Assembly: GCF_009914755.1 (NCBI RefSeq)
Contig: NC_060942.1
Strand: one strand, 5' to 3'
Source of the DNA: the human T2T-CHM13v2.0 reference genome, Homo sapiens
DNA: 64,000 bases
A program made the translations under genes and the position numbers. The notes beneath the pieces are model-generated. The model was not told where the DNA came from. It did not search any database and saw only the letters and a program-made list of their open reading frames with translations. This document shows, one piece after another, positions 1 to 12,815 of this stretch (position 1 is its first letter; the number at the start of each line of letters is the position of its first letter).

Positions 1-1019
1 GGATCCTTTCAACTGCACTTACGAACTTATCCACAGTAGGTAAGAATATAGGACTCCCCACAGGGCAGAAATCACCTGGTTCCTGGAAGATATATAGTCC
101 AAGTTTTTAATTATATTCGGCTGGAGTTCTTTTTAATTTTATCTTAGTAAAAAGAAATGAATTTTAATGTGACAAAAATGATGCTTAAGTTGTAAAGGAA
201 GCACATTAAACGGAGTTTATAATACTTCCCACTGCGATGAGTTTTAACATTTAAAATGAGAAAAAGGCAATTCTTTACATTCAAAATTTGATCAATCCAG
301 ATGATAGCCAGAATAAAAATTAATTACCATCTTGATAGGATAAGCTTATCTTTCAGATATATACTACACTCACCTATTCATACAGACTTTGAAGTCTCCA
401 GAATAATTTATTTTCTGGAGTCCTAGAAAAACAAGATGCAAACTTCCTGCCCCAAGTCATAGAAAGAGACTCATTACTTCCCCATGTCTTCCCCATAGAG
501 CCAATATCGATGTTTCCTTTTCCAATAGCAGTGGCCAGAAAAAAAATGACCTACTCTCATAGTGATAGTTTATACATAGATAATTATAATATGCATCTTC
601 AGAAACACACATGTATTTTATGTTTATGGCACATGAAGTATATTAATAACAGGAATTGGCTTGCTAACACATTTGAAAAAATAAACCATTTTTAAATAGC
701 TCTTTGCTGAAGTATAATTGGGTTTTCATAAAAATGAGAAACTTTGCTTTTTAGTGTAAAAACAGTGTTTACCAGCATGAATATGGTCACTGCAAAGGGT
801 ATAGACTAGAAAGGGTAACTTTTTATTGGAGCTTTACTATTGCCTTTGAAGCTTGTCACAAGGGGAGGTGGATTGGTGCTGACAAGTACTTACACATGGC
901 CTGCTACTGATAGCAAGACTGTGAATTTGGGGGGTGTGGTTTCTCAGAAGCCACGGGGTTAGGGATAGTTTTAGAAAGTTCTGGTACAACTTTTCCCTCA
1001 TACTTTAGAATACTGAATT

Positions 1020-1188
1020 TAAAACTTCAGCATGCATTAGAATACTTGGAGGGCTGGTTAATATACGGACTACCGGACCCCAACCCCAGAGTTTCTGCTT
1101 CAGTTAGTCTAGGGTACAGTCTGAGAAATTATTTTTTCTAAGAAGTACCCATGTGATTTTGCCTGGGGACTTGACTTTGAGAGCCACT
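1020..1188. mobile_element. MER5A-like hAT-Charlie DNA transposon relic
   Basis: Resembles MER5A: 'catgcattagaatacttggagggc...ggaccccaaccccagagtttctgcttcagttagtctaggg...ctttgagagccact'. Followed by a poly-T run at 1188-1213. Confidence 0.75.
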
Positions 1189-1400
1189 TTTTTTTTTTTT
1201 TTTTTTTTTTTTTAAGTATCACTGGGTAAGTCCTATGCCTCAAACCTGAAGCATGGTACTCAGACCAGGAAGAGAAGTGGCTGCTCAGGAAAAGAGAATT
1301 ACTTTTAGTGCTTATGATTTGTTAATTCAGAAAAAGATCATGGCAATAGACAGACCAGCCAAACATGCATGTAGCCTATTTCTTTATCTAAATCCATGAG

Positions 1401-1798
1401 TGATATAGTTTGCATGTTGTCCCCTCTAAATCTCATGTAGAGGTGGGGCCTGGTGGGAGGTGATTTAATCATGGGGACGTATTTCTCATGAATGGTTTGG
1501 TGCCATCCTCTTGGTGCTGTCCTTTTGATAGTGAGTTCTCATGAGATCTGGCTGTTTAAGAGTGTAGCATCTTTCCCCTCTCTCTCTCGCTCCCACTCTT
1601 GCCATGTGAGATGTTGGTTTCCCCTTTGCCTTCTGCTATGATTGTAAGCTTCCTGAAGCCTCACCAGAAGCTGAGCAGATGCCCAGCACTATGCTTCCTG
1701 TACAGCCCACAGAAATATGAGCCAACTAAACCTCTTTTCTTTATAAATTACCCAGTCTTGGGTATTTCTTTATAACAAGGCAAAAAAAGACTAACAAA
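1401..1798 (+). mobile_element. Solo MaLR LTR (MSTB/MSTC-like)
   Basis: Starts tgatatagtttg, contains 'ctcatgagatctgg' and 'aaacctcttttctttataaattacccagtc'. Perfect 5-bp TSD ATGAG at 1396-1400 and 1799-1803. Confidence 0.9.
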
Positions 1799-1839
1799 AT
1801 GAGTGTAACTGCTTCTGTATGTATGCTCATATATTCATG

Positions 1840-4800
1840 GATGTCAACAATATGGCAGAATAGGAGATTACTACCAACATTCCCTGCAGAAGCATTGATT
1901 TTGATAACTACCCATAGATGAGAGTACTTTGTGGGAGTTCAGGAGACCAGTGGAAAAGTTTCAGCACACTGTTGAACCAAAAGGGTAGAAAGAACAATTT
2001 CACTTTAACCACGTCACCTCTCCCCTAAGGTGGCATAGCTCAGTGACAAGTAAGGCCCACAGTTTTTCCCATGGAGAACAGTGAGACTGCAGTGAGCGAG
2101 CACCCAGCTCTCTGAGCTATGTGAGATTCTGCCCAACAGGCCTACTTGCCCACTTCTTTCTCACCTCATTCAGATTACTGAGATGATTAGCATGGCTGAG
2201 TGGTTTGAGAGAGAATGGGTACAGAAAAGATAGGATGTGAACCCTGCTAACCCCTCTACAGACTCCATCAGGAGGTCAGTTGATGAGCTGCTTGGGACAC
2301 CCTTGCCTGCAGAAAACCCCAACTGGACCATGGGCAACCCAAATTCTTTGGACAACTCACTCTGCCCCCACCAGTCACTGAGTGCACCTTTGAGGACTGA
2401 GAGTTCAAGTGTCTCACAAAGATAGCTTCCTCAACTCTGTAGGACAGGGAGAAGGCACACAAACTTGAGCATTATAGAACACAACCTTAGGGAAAACAGG
2501 GGGCTCTCATCATCTGACCTGGTTTTGTGGGGTTTGGAGAAGACAAGATTTCTCCTCAAGAGGGAACAAGAGGTGTGGATTGTGCACATTCATAGAAAAG
2601 GTTTAAGACAGTTTAAGAATTCCTAACTGAGCTGACTGGTGAAAGTATTCACTTTCCAAAACCAGTCAGTAAACACTAGAGAAAGTGACTGCCTCTTCAG
2701 ATGCAAAGAGAGCAACACAAGACTTTAAAGAACATGAAAAATCAAAGAAACATGACACCACCAAAGAATACAATAATGATCTAGTATACAAATCCAAGGA
2801 TATGCAGATTTATGAATCGCCTGAGAATTCAAAATGATCATTTTAAGGAAGCTCAGCAAGTTACAAGAGAAAACAGACAAATGAATAAAGTCAGAATAAA
2901 CAGTACATGAACAAAATGAGAAGTTCTATATAGAGACAGAAATCGTAAAAAAGAATCATATAGAAATTCTGCAGCTGAAGGATACAATGAAAATGAAAAA
3001 AGCAGTAGAGAGAATCAACAGTGGACTTGATTGAGCAGAAGAAAAAGTCTGTGAACTTGAAGACAGGTCATTTGAAATTATCCAGTCAGAGAACATGGAT
3101 GAAGCTGAAAGCCATTATCCTCAGCAAACTAATGCAGGAACAGAAAACCAAACACCACATGTTCTCACTCATAAGTGGGAACTGAACAATGAGAACACGT
3201 GGGCACAGGGAATGGAGGAACAACACACACTAGAGCCTGTCAGAGGAGGGTGATGGGGGAGAGCATTAGGGAAAAGAACTAATGCATGCTGCGTTTAAAA
3301 CCTAGGTGATGGGTTGATAGGTACAGCAAACCACCATGACACACGTTTACCTAGGTAGCAAACCTGCACATCCTGTGCATGTACCCCAGAACTTAGAAAT
3401 TATCCAGTCAATGTAGAAAAAAGAAAAAGAATGAAAAAGAATGGAGGAAGCTTATGGAATTTATGGAACTCCATCAAAAGAACTAACAATCACATTGTGG
3501 ACATGCCAGAGAAGAGAGAAAGTGAAAGGGGCAGAAAGCTTATTTTTAAAAAATAAATGGCTGAAAACTTCCCAAATCTGAGAAAATATATGGCTCTCAA
3601 GTACATGAAGCTCAAAATCCCCCGAACAAATTAAACCCAAAGGAGATATTGCTGACACACATTATATCAAACTGTCAAAAATCAGAGGCAAAGAATTTTG
3701 AAAGCAGCAAGAGAAAAGAGGCTTGACACATACAAGGGAACCTTCATGACGCTCTCCGTGAATTTCTCAGTGGAAACTTTGCAGGCCAGGAGAAAATAAA
3801 ATGATATATTCAAAGTGCTGAAAGCAAAAAACTGCCACCCAGGAATACCTGGCAAAGCTGTCCTTCAGAAAGAAAGGAGTAATCAGGACTTTCTCAGAAA
3901 AACAAAAAGGCTGAGAGAGCTCACCACTAGAACTGCCTTGCAAGAAATGCTAAAGGGGGTTCTCCACATTGAAATGAAAGGACACTAACTTATAACATGA
4001 AAACGTGAAAGTATAAAACTCAGTGGTAAAGATAAGCACACAGTCAACTTCAAAATACTCTAATGCTGTAATGGTGATATGTAAATCACTTATAATTTAT
4101 GAATTGATACAGAATTTAGAAAGATGTATACTCTGACATCAAAAACAAAATGTGGAGGGGGGACTAAAAGTATAAAGGTTTTGTATGTAATTGAAATTGG
4201 GTTGTTATAACCTTGAAATAGACCTTTATACCTCTAAGATGTTTCATATAACCTCATAGAAACCACAAAGCAAAAACCTCTAGAATATATAGGAAAGATA
4301 AAGATATCATAGCATGCCACTAAAAAATCATTAAATCACAAAAGAAGGCAGCAAAAAGAATAAAAAAGAACAGAGAATTTACAAAGCAGTCAGAAAACAA
4401 TGAACAAAATGGGAATAGTAAGTCCTTACCTATCAATAATTACTTTAGATACAAATGGATTAAATACTCCATTCAAAAGGTGTAGAGTGGCCAAATGAGT
4501 AAAAGAAACAAGAGACTCACATCAACTCCAAGGCACATGTAGGCTGAAATTAAAGAAATAGAGAAAAATCCCTGACCTGATGCCTTTGCTGGTGAAGTCT
4601 ACCAGACATTTAAAGATGAATTAATACCAGTCATTTCCAAACTCTTCTAAAAAATTAAGGAGGAGAGAACACTTTCAAACTCATTTTATGAGGTCAGCAT
4701 TATTCTGGTACCAAAGGCAGAGAAGGACACTACAAGAAAAACAAAAATAAAAACAGAAACAAAAACTACAGGCCAATATTCCTGATGAATATAGATGCAA

Positions 4801-4882
4801 AAGCACTCAACAGAGCATAAGCAAGCTGAATTGAATAGTATATTAAAAGGATCATATGCTATAATCACATGAAATTTATACC
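1840..4882 (+). mobile_element. Old L1 (L1M/L1PB-age): 5'UTR, degenerate ORF1 (~2734-3988), inter-ORF region, partial ORF2
   Basis: 5' start like 'aatatggcagaatagg'; A-rich ORF1-like sequence; ORF2 start near 4409 reading SPYLSIITL-like; RT-region motif like PDGFTGEFYQTFKEELIP at ~4570-4630. Confidence 0.85.
3089..3395 (+). mobile_element. 5'-truncated L1PA (approx. PA10-16) 3' end nested in the older L1 ORF1
   Basis: Canonical L1PA 3' end 'catgttctcactcataagtggga...aacctgcacatcctgtgcatgtaccccagaactta'. Perfect 15-bp TSD gaaattatccagtca at 3074-3088 and 3396-3410. Confidence 0.92.
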
Positions 4883-5061
4883 ACTTCTTTATTTTTGATG
4901 TTGCCCATGCTTTTGGTGTCATTTCCAAAAAATTATTGCCAAAATCATTGTCATGGAGCTTTTCACCTATACTTTCTTCTAGGAGTTTTACAGTTTCAAG
5001 TCTTACATTAAAGTATTTAATTCATTTTATATTTTTACATATGGTATGAATTAAGGACCAA

Positions 5062-5197
5062 ATTTCCTTCCTTCCTTCCTTCCTTCCTTCCTTCCTTCCT
5101 TCCTTCCTTCCTTCCTTCCTTCCTTCCTTCCTTCCTCTCTCCCTCTCTGTCTCTCTTTCTCTCTCTCTCTCTCTCTCTTCCTCTCTTTCTCTCTTTC
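5062..5197. repeat. (TTCC)n / (TC)n microsatellite
   Basis: About 18 TTCC units followed by a CT-rich tract, inside L1. Confidence 0.95.
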
Positions 5198-5528
5198 TTG
5201 CCTGTGGATATCCAACTTCCCCAGCACTATTTATTGAATAGACTATCCTTTTTTCATTATTTATGGTGCCTTTGTCAAAGATTGGTTTATCAAATATGCT
5301 TGGGCTTACTTATGGGCTGTCCATTCTGCTCTGTTGGTCTATTCGTCTGTTATTGGGGCCAGTACCTTACTGTTTTGATTCCTATAGCATTGTAATATAA
5401 TTTAAAATTAGGAAGTGTGATGATTTCAGCTTTCTTCTTGTTCGAGATTGCTTTAGATATTTGTAGTCTTTTGTGGTTCCATATAAATTTTAGGATTTTT
5501 CTTCTATTTCTATAAAAATTATGATAGG

Positions 5529-5850
5529 GTCCAGGCATGGTGGCTCACACCTATAATCCCAGCACTTTGAGAGGCCGAGGCAGGCAGATCACCTGAGGTC
5601 AGGAGTTCGAGACCAGCCTGGCCAACATGGTGAAACCCCGTCTCTATGAAAAATACAAAAATTAGCTGGACATGGTGGTAGGCGCCTGTAATCCTAGCTA
5701 CTCGGGCGGTTGAGGCAGGAGGATTTCTTGAACCCGGGAGGTGGAGGTTGTAGTGAGCTGAGATCATGCCACTGCTCTCCAGCCTGGCAGCCTGGGGGAC
5801 AAGAGCAAAACTCTGTCTCAAAAAAAAAAAAAAAAAAAAAAAAAAGAAAA
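5529..5850 (+). mobile_element. AluS (Sq/Sx-like) inserted in L1
   Basis: Full dimer with 'cacctgaggtcaggagttcgagaccagcctggccaacatgg' and 'acaagagcaaaact', A-tail, degenerate TSD ending atagg. Confidence 0.95.
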
Positions 5851-8800
5851 TGCTATAGGGATTTGCATTGAATCTGTAGATTGCTTTGGGTAGTATGGAG
5901 ATTTTCAACAATATTCTTACAATCCATGAACATGAGATGTTTTTCCCTTCATTTTTGTCTTAAATTTTTTTAATCAATATTTTGTAGGTTTTAGTGTACA
6001 GATCTTTCACCACCTTACTTTAATTTATTCCAAAGTATTTTATTCTTTTTAATGATATTGTAAAAGAGATTGTTTTCTTCTTCTTTCTTTGATAGTTCAA
6101 TATTAGTGTATAGAAATATAACCAATTTCTATATGTTGATTTTCTGTCCTGCAACTTTACTGAATTTGTTTATCAGTTATAACCGTTTTTGTTTTTTGGT
6201 GGTGTAAAATTTTGTATTCATGTCGTCTGCAAACAGGGACAATTTTGCTTCTTACTTTCTGATTTGGAAGCCTTTTTTTCTTGTCTACATTGTCTAAGTT
6301 TGAATATGCTGTGTTTTCATGTTTGGTTATCCTAAAATATTGAAATAATTCTCTTTAGTCTTCTCTTTGACCTGATGATTGTTCAAGAGTTTTTTAGTTT
6401 CTAGGTATTTGTAAATTTTCTAATTTTCTTGCTGCTATTGACTAATAATTTCATTATATTTTCATAGAAAAAGATACTTCACAAGATATCAATCTTCCTA
6501 TCAACTTCCTTGGTAAGACTTGAATTGTGATCTAATATGTGATGTGTCCTGGAGAATATTATGTGTGTGCTTGAGAAGAATCTGTGTTTATCTGCTTTTG
6601 GGCAGGAAATTTTGCATATGTCTGTTAGGTCTATTTGGTCTGTAATATTGTTCAAGTCCACTGTTTCTTGATTGATTTTCTCTCTGGATATTCTATTCAG
6701 TGTTGAAAGCAGGATATTGAAATCTCCTACTATTGTATTTCTGTCATTTTTTCTTTTTTCAGCATTCAGTATTTGCTTTATATTGTTGGTGCTTTGATGT
6801 TTACTGAATACATACTTGCAATTGTTATATTTTCTGCTTGAGTTAACCCCTTTGACATTAGATACTTAAACTTTTTGTCCTAGAGAGAGTTTTTGACTTA
6901 AATTATACTTTATATGATACAAATATAGCTATTTCCACATTCTTTTAGCTGCCATTTGCATGAAACATCTTTTTCAATTTCTTCACATTCAGCCTATGTA
7001 TGTCCTTGGGTTTCCTGTAATCAGTACATAGTTGGATTGTGATTTTGAAATCTCTTAAGTTACTCTGTATTTTTTGATTGGTGAGCTTGACCTATTTACA
7101 GTTAAAGTAATTATTAATAGGGAAGAAGTTACTACTGCCATTTTGTTAAGTGTTTTCTGTTTTTCTCATAGTTCTTTTGTCTCTTTTTTCTCCCTTGTCT
7201 TCCTTTGCATTTTGTTATATTTTTGTATTGATAGGTTTTGTTTCCTTTCTCCCTCTCTCAGTCTCTCCCTCTTTTTTTGGTGGTATTTTCTTTGTGAAAA
7301 TTTCTTTCATTGAGCTTACATAAAACACTTCATAGCTATTTTAGTTATAATAGTCTATTTTAAGCTGATAACAATTTTAGTTGCGTACAAAACTGTGCAT
7401 ATTTACCTCTCCTCTTCCCATATTTTATGCTATTGATGTTTAAATTTACTTCTGTATGTTCATTAACAAGAATTAGTCATAGTTATTTTTAACACTTGTG
7501 TTTTAACTTTTGTACTTGAATTAAACATGATTCATCGTGCTAACATTATAGTAATACAGTATTCTATTTTTTTCTATATGTTTACCCTTCCAATGAGCTT
7601 TATATTTTTATGCTCTTGTGTTGCTTTTTAGCATCCTTTCATTTCAAGTTGATGAAGTTCCTTTAGTATTTCTTGTACAGGAGAGATAGTGGAGATGATT
7701 AGCATCCTGAGACATTGTTTGTCTGAGAAAATCTGAGAAAATCTCTCAATTTGTGATGGAAATGTTTATGAGGTATAGTATTCTTGGTAGGCAGTCTTTT
7801 TATTTTAGTACTCTGAGTATATCATCCCATTCCCTTCTGACCTGCAGAGTTTCTGATGAAAAATCTGATAATCTCATGGAGGTTCCATTGTTGGTAGCAA
7901 GTTGTTTCTTTCTTGCTGTTTTAAAAATTCTCTCCTTTTCCTTAACTTTTAACTTGTTATAATGTATCACGGTCTGGGTAACTTTGTATTCATCTCATTT
8001 AGTGTCCTTTGGACTTTTAGGATCAAGATGTTAATCTCTATTCCCATGTTTGGGAAATTTTCAACCATTATTTCTTTGAAATTTTTTTACTCATTTGTCT
8101 CTCTCTTCTTTTTCTAGAGGTCTCATAATGTGTATGTTCATTTGTTTGCTGGTGCCCCATAATTTCTTTAGTGTGTTTTTGTTCTTTTAAACTTTGTTTT
8201 TTCTTTTTGCCTCTCTGACTGGATTACTTCCAATGATGTGTCTTTAAATTTACTGTTTCTTTCTTCTGCCTATCTAGTCATCTGTTGAACCTCTCCAGTT
8301 GAATTTTTTACAGTTTTTGTATCCTTCAGTTATATGTTTTCTGTTTGGTATTTTTTTAAAATTGTCTATCCCTTTGTTAAAATGATTGCTTCATTCAGAT
8401 ATTGCTCTCTTCACCTTGGTTAGGAAATATGTAATGATTATTTATAATGATCAGTAGGATCACATATCTCCAGTTCATTTGGGTTGGCTTCTGTAGAGTT
8501 ATGTAGTTCTTTTAATTAACATATATTTACCAATATTTTTTCACTTTTCATGACCCTCTGTGTTGGTTTTTATTAGTTAAAATAGTCACTTCTCTCACAG
8601 ACTGACTTCATATCAAAGATGATCTTCACCTGTCAGCCTTTCCAGAGATTCTGGGTGTCTCTCAAGTGTTTGCCCTCATTAAAAATTTCCATCTTTGTTT
8701 TTAGTGGCAGCCATGATAGTATTCCCAAGTACCATCAATGCTTGGAGACAGGTGAGATAGGAGCCCGTTCCTTGACTAGCAGCCAGCAAAATTAAGGTGG

Positions 8801-9633
8801 TAGATATGTGGTCCAGTACTTTTTCTTGTCAGGGTAAGCTAGGAGGTGGGATTTATTGTCTGCTCACTCTGCACTAAGCTGGGGAGTTGGGGGGCACAGT
8901 GACAAGCGCCTGTTAGCTTGTTCAGATTGCATGCACTTTCAAACTGTTGCTTTGCTGTCTGTCATCCCCAGGGAGCTAGTGAATGCTGGACTTCCTTAGC
9001 TCTCAAATACACATGGGTTAGAGGCTAGTCCCTCAGGTAGCAACCAGAAAAGTTGTGAGGGGGCTAGAAGAGAAGTCCAACATCTGGGGAGAAGCCGGAG
9101 GACTGGTTTTATCATTGGAGTGGGCTCAGTGGAGAATTCATTGGATTTTCCGATATGACTGTACAACCTTTAAGAGAACTAGTGATTGCATGCCCTGTTA
9201 GCTTCCAGCACTGCACTCAGTTAGGGGGAAGAGGCATAAGAAGTGCTCACATGGCTGTTTAAAACTGCCTTTTTGTTCTCTGTGGTCCTGGAGGACTAGT
9301 GAATGCCAGGTCCCATCAGCTTCCAGAGATGGGCAGATTGGGAGTTAGTCCCTTGGGTAGCAACTGTAAAAGGTGGGGCACTAGATGTGTGGTTCAAATT
9401 TTTTGCTTCTAAGGAAGAAACTGGGAGATGAGAATTCCCTGCTGGTTGTGTGGCGTTGTGGCAGGGATGGGCTTTATATGTCTCAGCCTTTCCTACTCAT
9501 TTCAAAGTGGGAGTTTTCTCATTCACCCAGTGTACAGGAGGCTCTCAAGTAGTTTCTGGAGTTTTCACAGAGGGAGCTGATCCTTGTGTAGCTATATGCA
9601 TTTGTGGGTGGAGGAAGAGTTTTTCCTCCATAT

Positions 9634-9636
<3 letters not shown>

Positions 9637-9667
<31 letters not shown>
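9637..9667. repeat. (TA)n microsatellite
   Basis: About 15 TA units. Confidence 0.95.
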
Positions 9668-9673
<6 letters not shown>

Positions 9674-9749
9674 TCCTATATTCTACCATATTGATGAAGT
9701 CATGCCCGCTGAATTACATTTTAACTTATCTTCTTTCTTCAATATTGGT

Positions 9750-10713
9750 GGCTCTACAGTTAATTGTCCTACAAAAGCCAGAGTGCTCTTTAAAACCTAA
9801 AAATTAGATTATTTCCCTTCCTTGCTCAAAATTTTTCAACAGTGTATTATAAAACCCATAGTTCTTACCTCAGCCTGTCAGATCTTACATGATTACAGGT
9901 CCTGACTATCTGGTAGAGCTTATTTCTTACAGCTTTATAACTTTCTTTTTCCTTGTGAGCTTCCTTTTTCAGGTCCTTTAAGACATTACTCGTATTTCCC
10001 CATCAGAGCTGTTTCCCTTGCTATTCTTCCATACCATTTAATATGGTTTGGCTCTGTGTCCCCACCCAAATCTCATGTTGAATTATAATTCCCAACTTTG
10101 GGGGAGGGGTCTGGTGGGAGGTGATTGGATCATGGGGGCAGATTTCCCCCTTGCTGTTCTTGTGATAGTTCTCATGAGATCTGGTTGTTTAAAAGTGTGT
10201 AGCACTTTCCCCTTTACTCTTTTTCTTTCTCTCCTGCTGCCATATGAAGATATGCTTGCTTCCCGTTTGCCCTTCCACCATGATTGTATATTTCCTGAAG
10301 CCTCCCAGCCATGCTTCCTCTTGTATAGCCTATGGAACTGTGAGTCAATTAAACCTCTTTTCTTCATATATTACCCAGTCTCAGGTAGTTGTTTATGGCA
10401 GTGTGAGAATGGGCTAATACATCATTGTCGGACTTACTGCTTACTTCATTCAAGTGACGACACATAGGGATTTTCTTTAGGAATGAAATTGCTTCTCCCC
10501 CAAGTCACCGACTATCACCTTACCTGGCTTTTTCTTCATAGCATTTATTGCTGCATCATGTTCTTTTTTTATAATTCTATTTCTCAATTTTCTGTTTTCC
10601 TATTAGACCATAATCTTTATGAGGATGAGAACTATTGTTTTTATTTTATCTTTAATATATGGAACAGCTTGCCATATAATAAGTGCCAGATAAATAATTG
10701 TTGGAAGAATGAA
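9750..10713 (+). mobile_element. L2 3' fragment interrupted by the MSTA LTR
   Basis: L2-like 'cagagtgctctttaaaa...cttccttgctcaaaa' and 3' terminus 'aagtgccagataaataattgttggaagaatgaa'. Confidence 0.6.
10039..10421 (+). mobile_element. Solo MaLR LTR (MSTA-like)
   Basis: 'taatatggtttggctctgtgtccccacccaaatctcatgttgaatt...gggctaataca'. TSD ccatt/tcatt (4/5). Confidence 0.92.
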
Positions 10714-11204
10714 CTTACTTATAAAAAAGACTTACAATACATTTCTATATTTTGTCAGTTAAGGATTTAGCTTGTAATTAGTATAAAATAAGTGTTTTTG
10801 ACTACTGGATAGGGACTAGTTTGAATTAGTGTTTACATTTAAAAAATTAAATCACACTACTTTAAATATATACAAGACTGTTTCAGTATTTTGAAATCAA
10901 GTGTGGTGTAAACAATAAAAAATATACCTAGCAGCTTAAGCTACATCAATATTGAGTCACAAGTGAATTAATAACAATGGTTTTGTCTTAAGCATTATTT
11001 GTTTGTTACCAGGTGATACTCCCTAACTTCTTGAAAATAGCAATTGCCCTAGTATGATAATTATTTATATTTCAAATTTGCTCAAAATACTCATTTCTTA
11101 TTAAGTTTTCAAAAATGATTAAAATTTCAATTCAGCGTTTATTAAATTTGTAAAATATTCTAACCTAGCACAACTTAAAATTTTAAATGCTTATCCCATT
11201 TATA

Positions 11205-11430
11205 GGTGAAATATGATATCTGAGATTTGTGTTAAAACAGTGAAGTGGAGGAGTTGTTGAGAGTATGGATAGAATATTGGCCATGAAAAATGTTGAAGCT
11301 GGGTGATGAAAATGTTGAAATAATTGTTTGATAAAATGTTGAAGGTGGGTGATGAGTAAAAAGGGGTATATAATACCATCCTCTTTATATTTGTATTTGT
11401 TTTACATTTTTCTATAGTAAATAGTTTAGA
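11205..11430 (+). mobile_element. Old L1 (L1MC/ME) 3'UTR fragment
   Basis: 'atgatatctgagatttg...ttggccatg...gttgaagctgggtgatg...tttgtatttgttttacatttttctatagtaaa' resembles L1MC/ME 3' ends. aaaatgttgaa occurs three times locally. Confidence 0.6.
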
Positions 11431-12005
11431 AACAAAAATGTTTGCTGAAATTTTGTCACCAAAAACCTTCTTAAAAGAGAAATATGGTCTTGTTAGTTTT
11501 CAAAATAGCTTATGAACTTTGGGAGGTTTTATTTATTAAGTAAAGAAGTAGCAAGCAAATTTATTGCCTATTTCTTATTGGTCAATTCAAGGACCAACTT
11601 TAGAAATTCTTTGATTCATGCCCATCATAAGCTTATTCCAACAGATTGCTTATTTCCATTTATTTAAATACATGTATTACTGCAAGTTTTATGCAATTTA
11701 TACATTTTATATCTATTTGCTTTTCTTTATTAGATATAGTCCATGGATATGTATAATTTATAATTTACATCCTTTGAGTCTTATAGTAACCTCATGTACC
11801 AATGATGTTAAAAAAGTTGTGCATACTGGTGATATTGGAAATATGCCTTTTAAAGGTCATTATTTTAACATTTAACAAATATGTGATTCTCATTAAATAA
11901 TAAAACATTTTGTAGATTTGAAAATTAGATTATTGTGCTTGGCTGGCATATTAAAACCAACACCAAGACAGTTACCTGAGTGTTCATTAATTCTTCCCTC
12001 TTCTT

Positions 12006-12304
<299 letters not shown>

Positions 12305-12719
12305 AATTCTTCCCTCTTCTTAAATAGCCTAACTCCAGTCTGTCAAATGGGCATGATGTTTGCATCTACTAAGATTTTTTTTCCTAATTAGATACCAGTG
12401 GATTGTCAAAAGTGCAGTTACTGAATATTAGCATGGTAGTTAGAAAAAAATAGACCAACTGCTATGTAATTATCTCCAAGTTGTATAGGGCATAAATATA
12501 AATTATTATATCCTTAGGGCTCAGGGGTGAGGTTTTGAATATAAATGCTTTAGACTTTTAAGAGGCACTGTGCATACATGATCATAAGAACTTCTAAATA
12601 TTGAATGTCGAAGTTTTGCAGAGAATGAGGATAAATGGCACTGAATGTCACTGTAGGATTCTGTATTAAATTATTGATGTAATTCAGTTGCACAGATGCA
12701 ATGTATGCACTCAGTCACA

Positions 12720-12815
12720 GGGAGGCTTGTCCTAGCCCTGACATCTAACAGCTGGGTGACCTGGAGCAAATTACTTAATTTTAATAGGCCTCAGCTTTCA
12801 GTTCATTAAATGGGA
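12720..12815 (+). mobile_element. MIR fragment
   Basis: MIR core-like 'agctgggtgacctggagcaaattacttaa...gcctcagctttc'. Confidence 0.6.

Larger units (their letters stand above)
4883..9630 (-). mobile_element. Old L1M on the minus strand: ORF2 RT/3' part (4883-6290), endonuclease part, ORF1 remnant and 5'UTR
   Basis: Minus-strand translations [47 protein letters not shown] (~6220-6245), DLNNITDQIDLTDI. T-rich ORF1 antisense at ~7750-8450. L1M-type 5'UTR to ~9630. Confidence 0.85.

Noticed and set aside
1-6. Window begins with a BamHI site (ggatcc)
   Set aside because: At most a cloning boundary or coincidence; no biological meaning.
5519-5911. 130-aa ORF and similar ORFs at 20156, 24295, 29094, 30356, 35953, 62234
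   Set aside because: Typical Alu read-through peptides (e.g. [23 protein letters not shown]).
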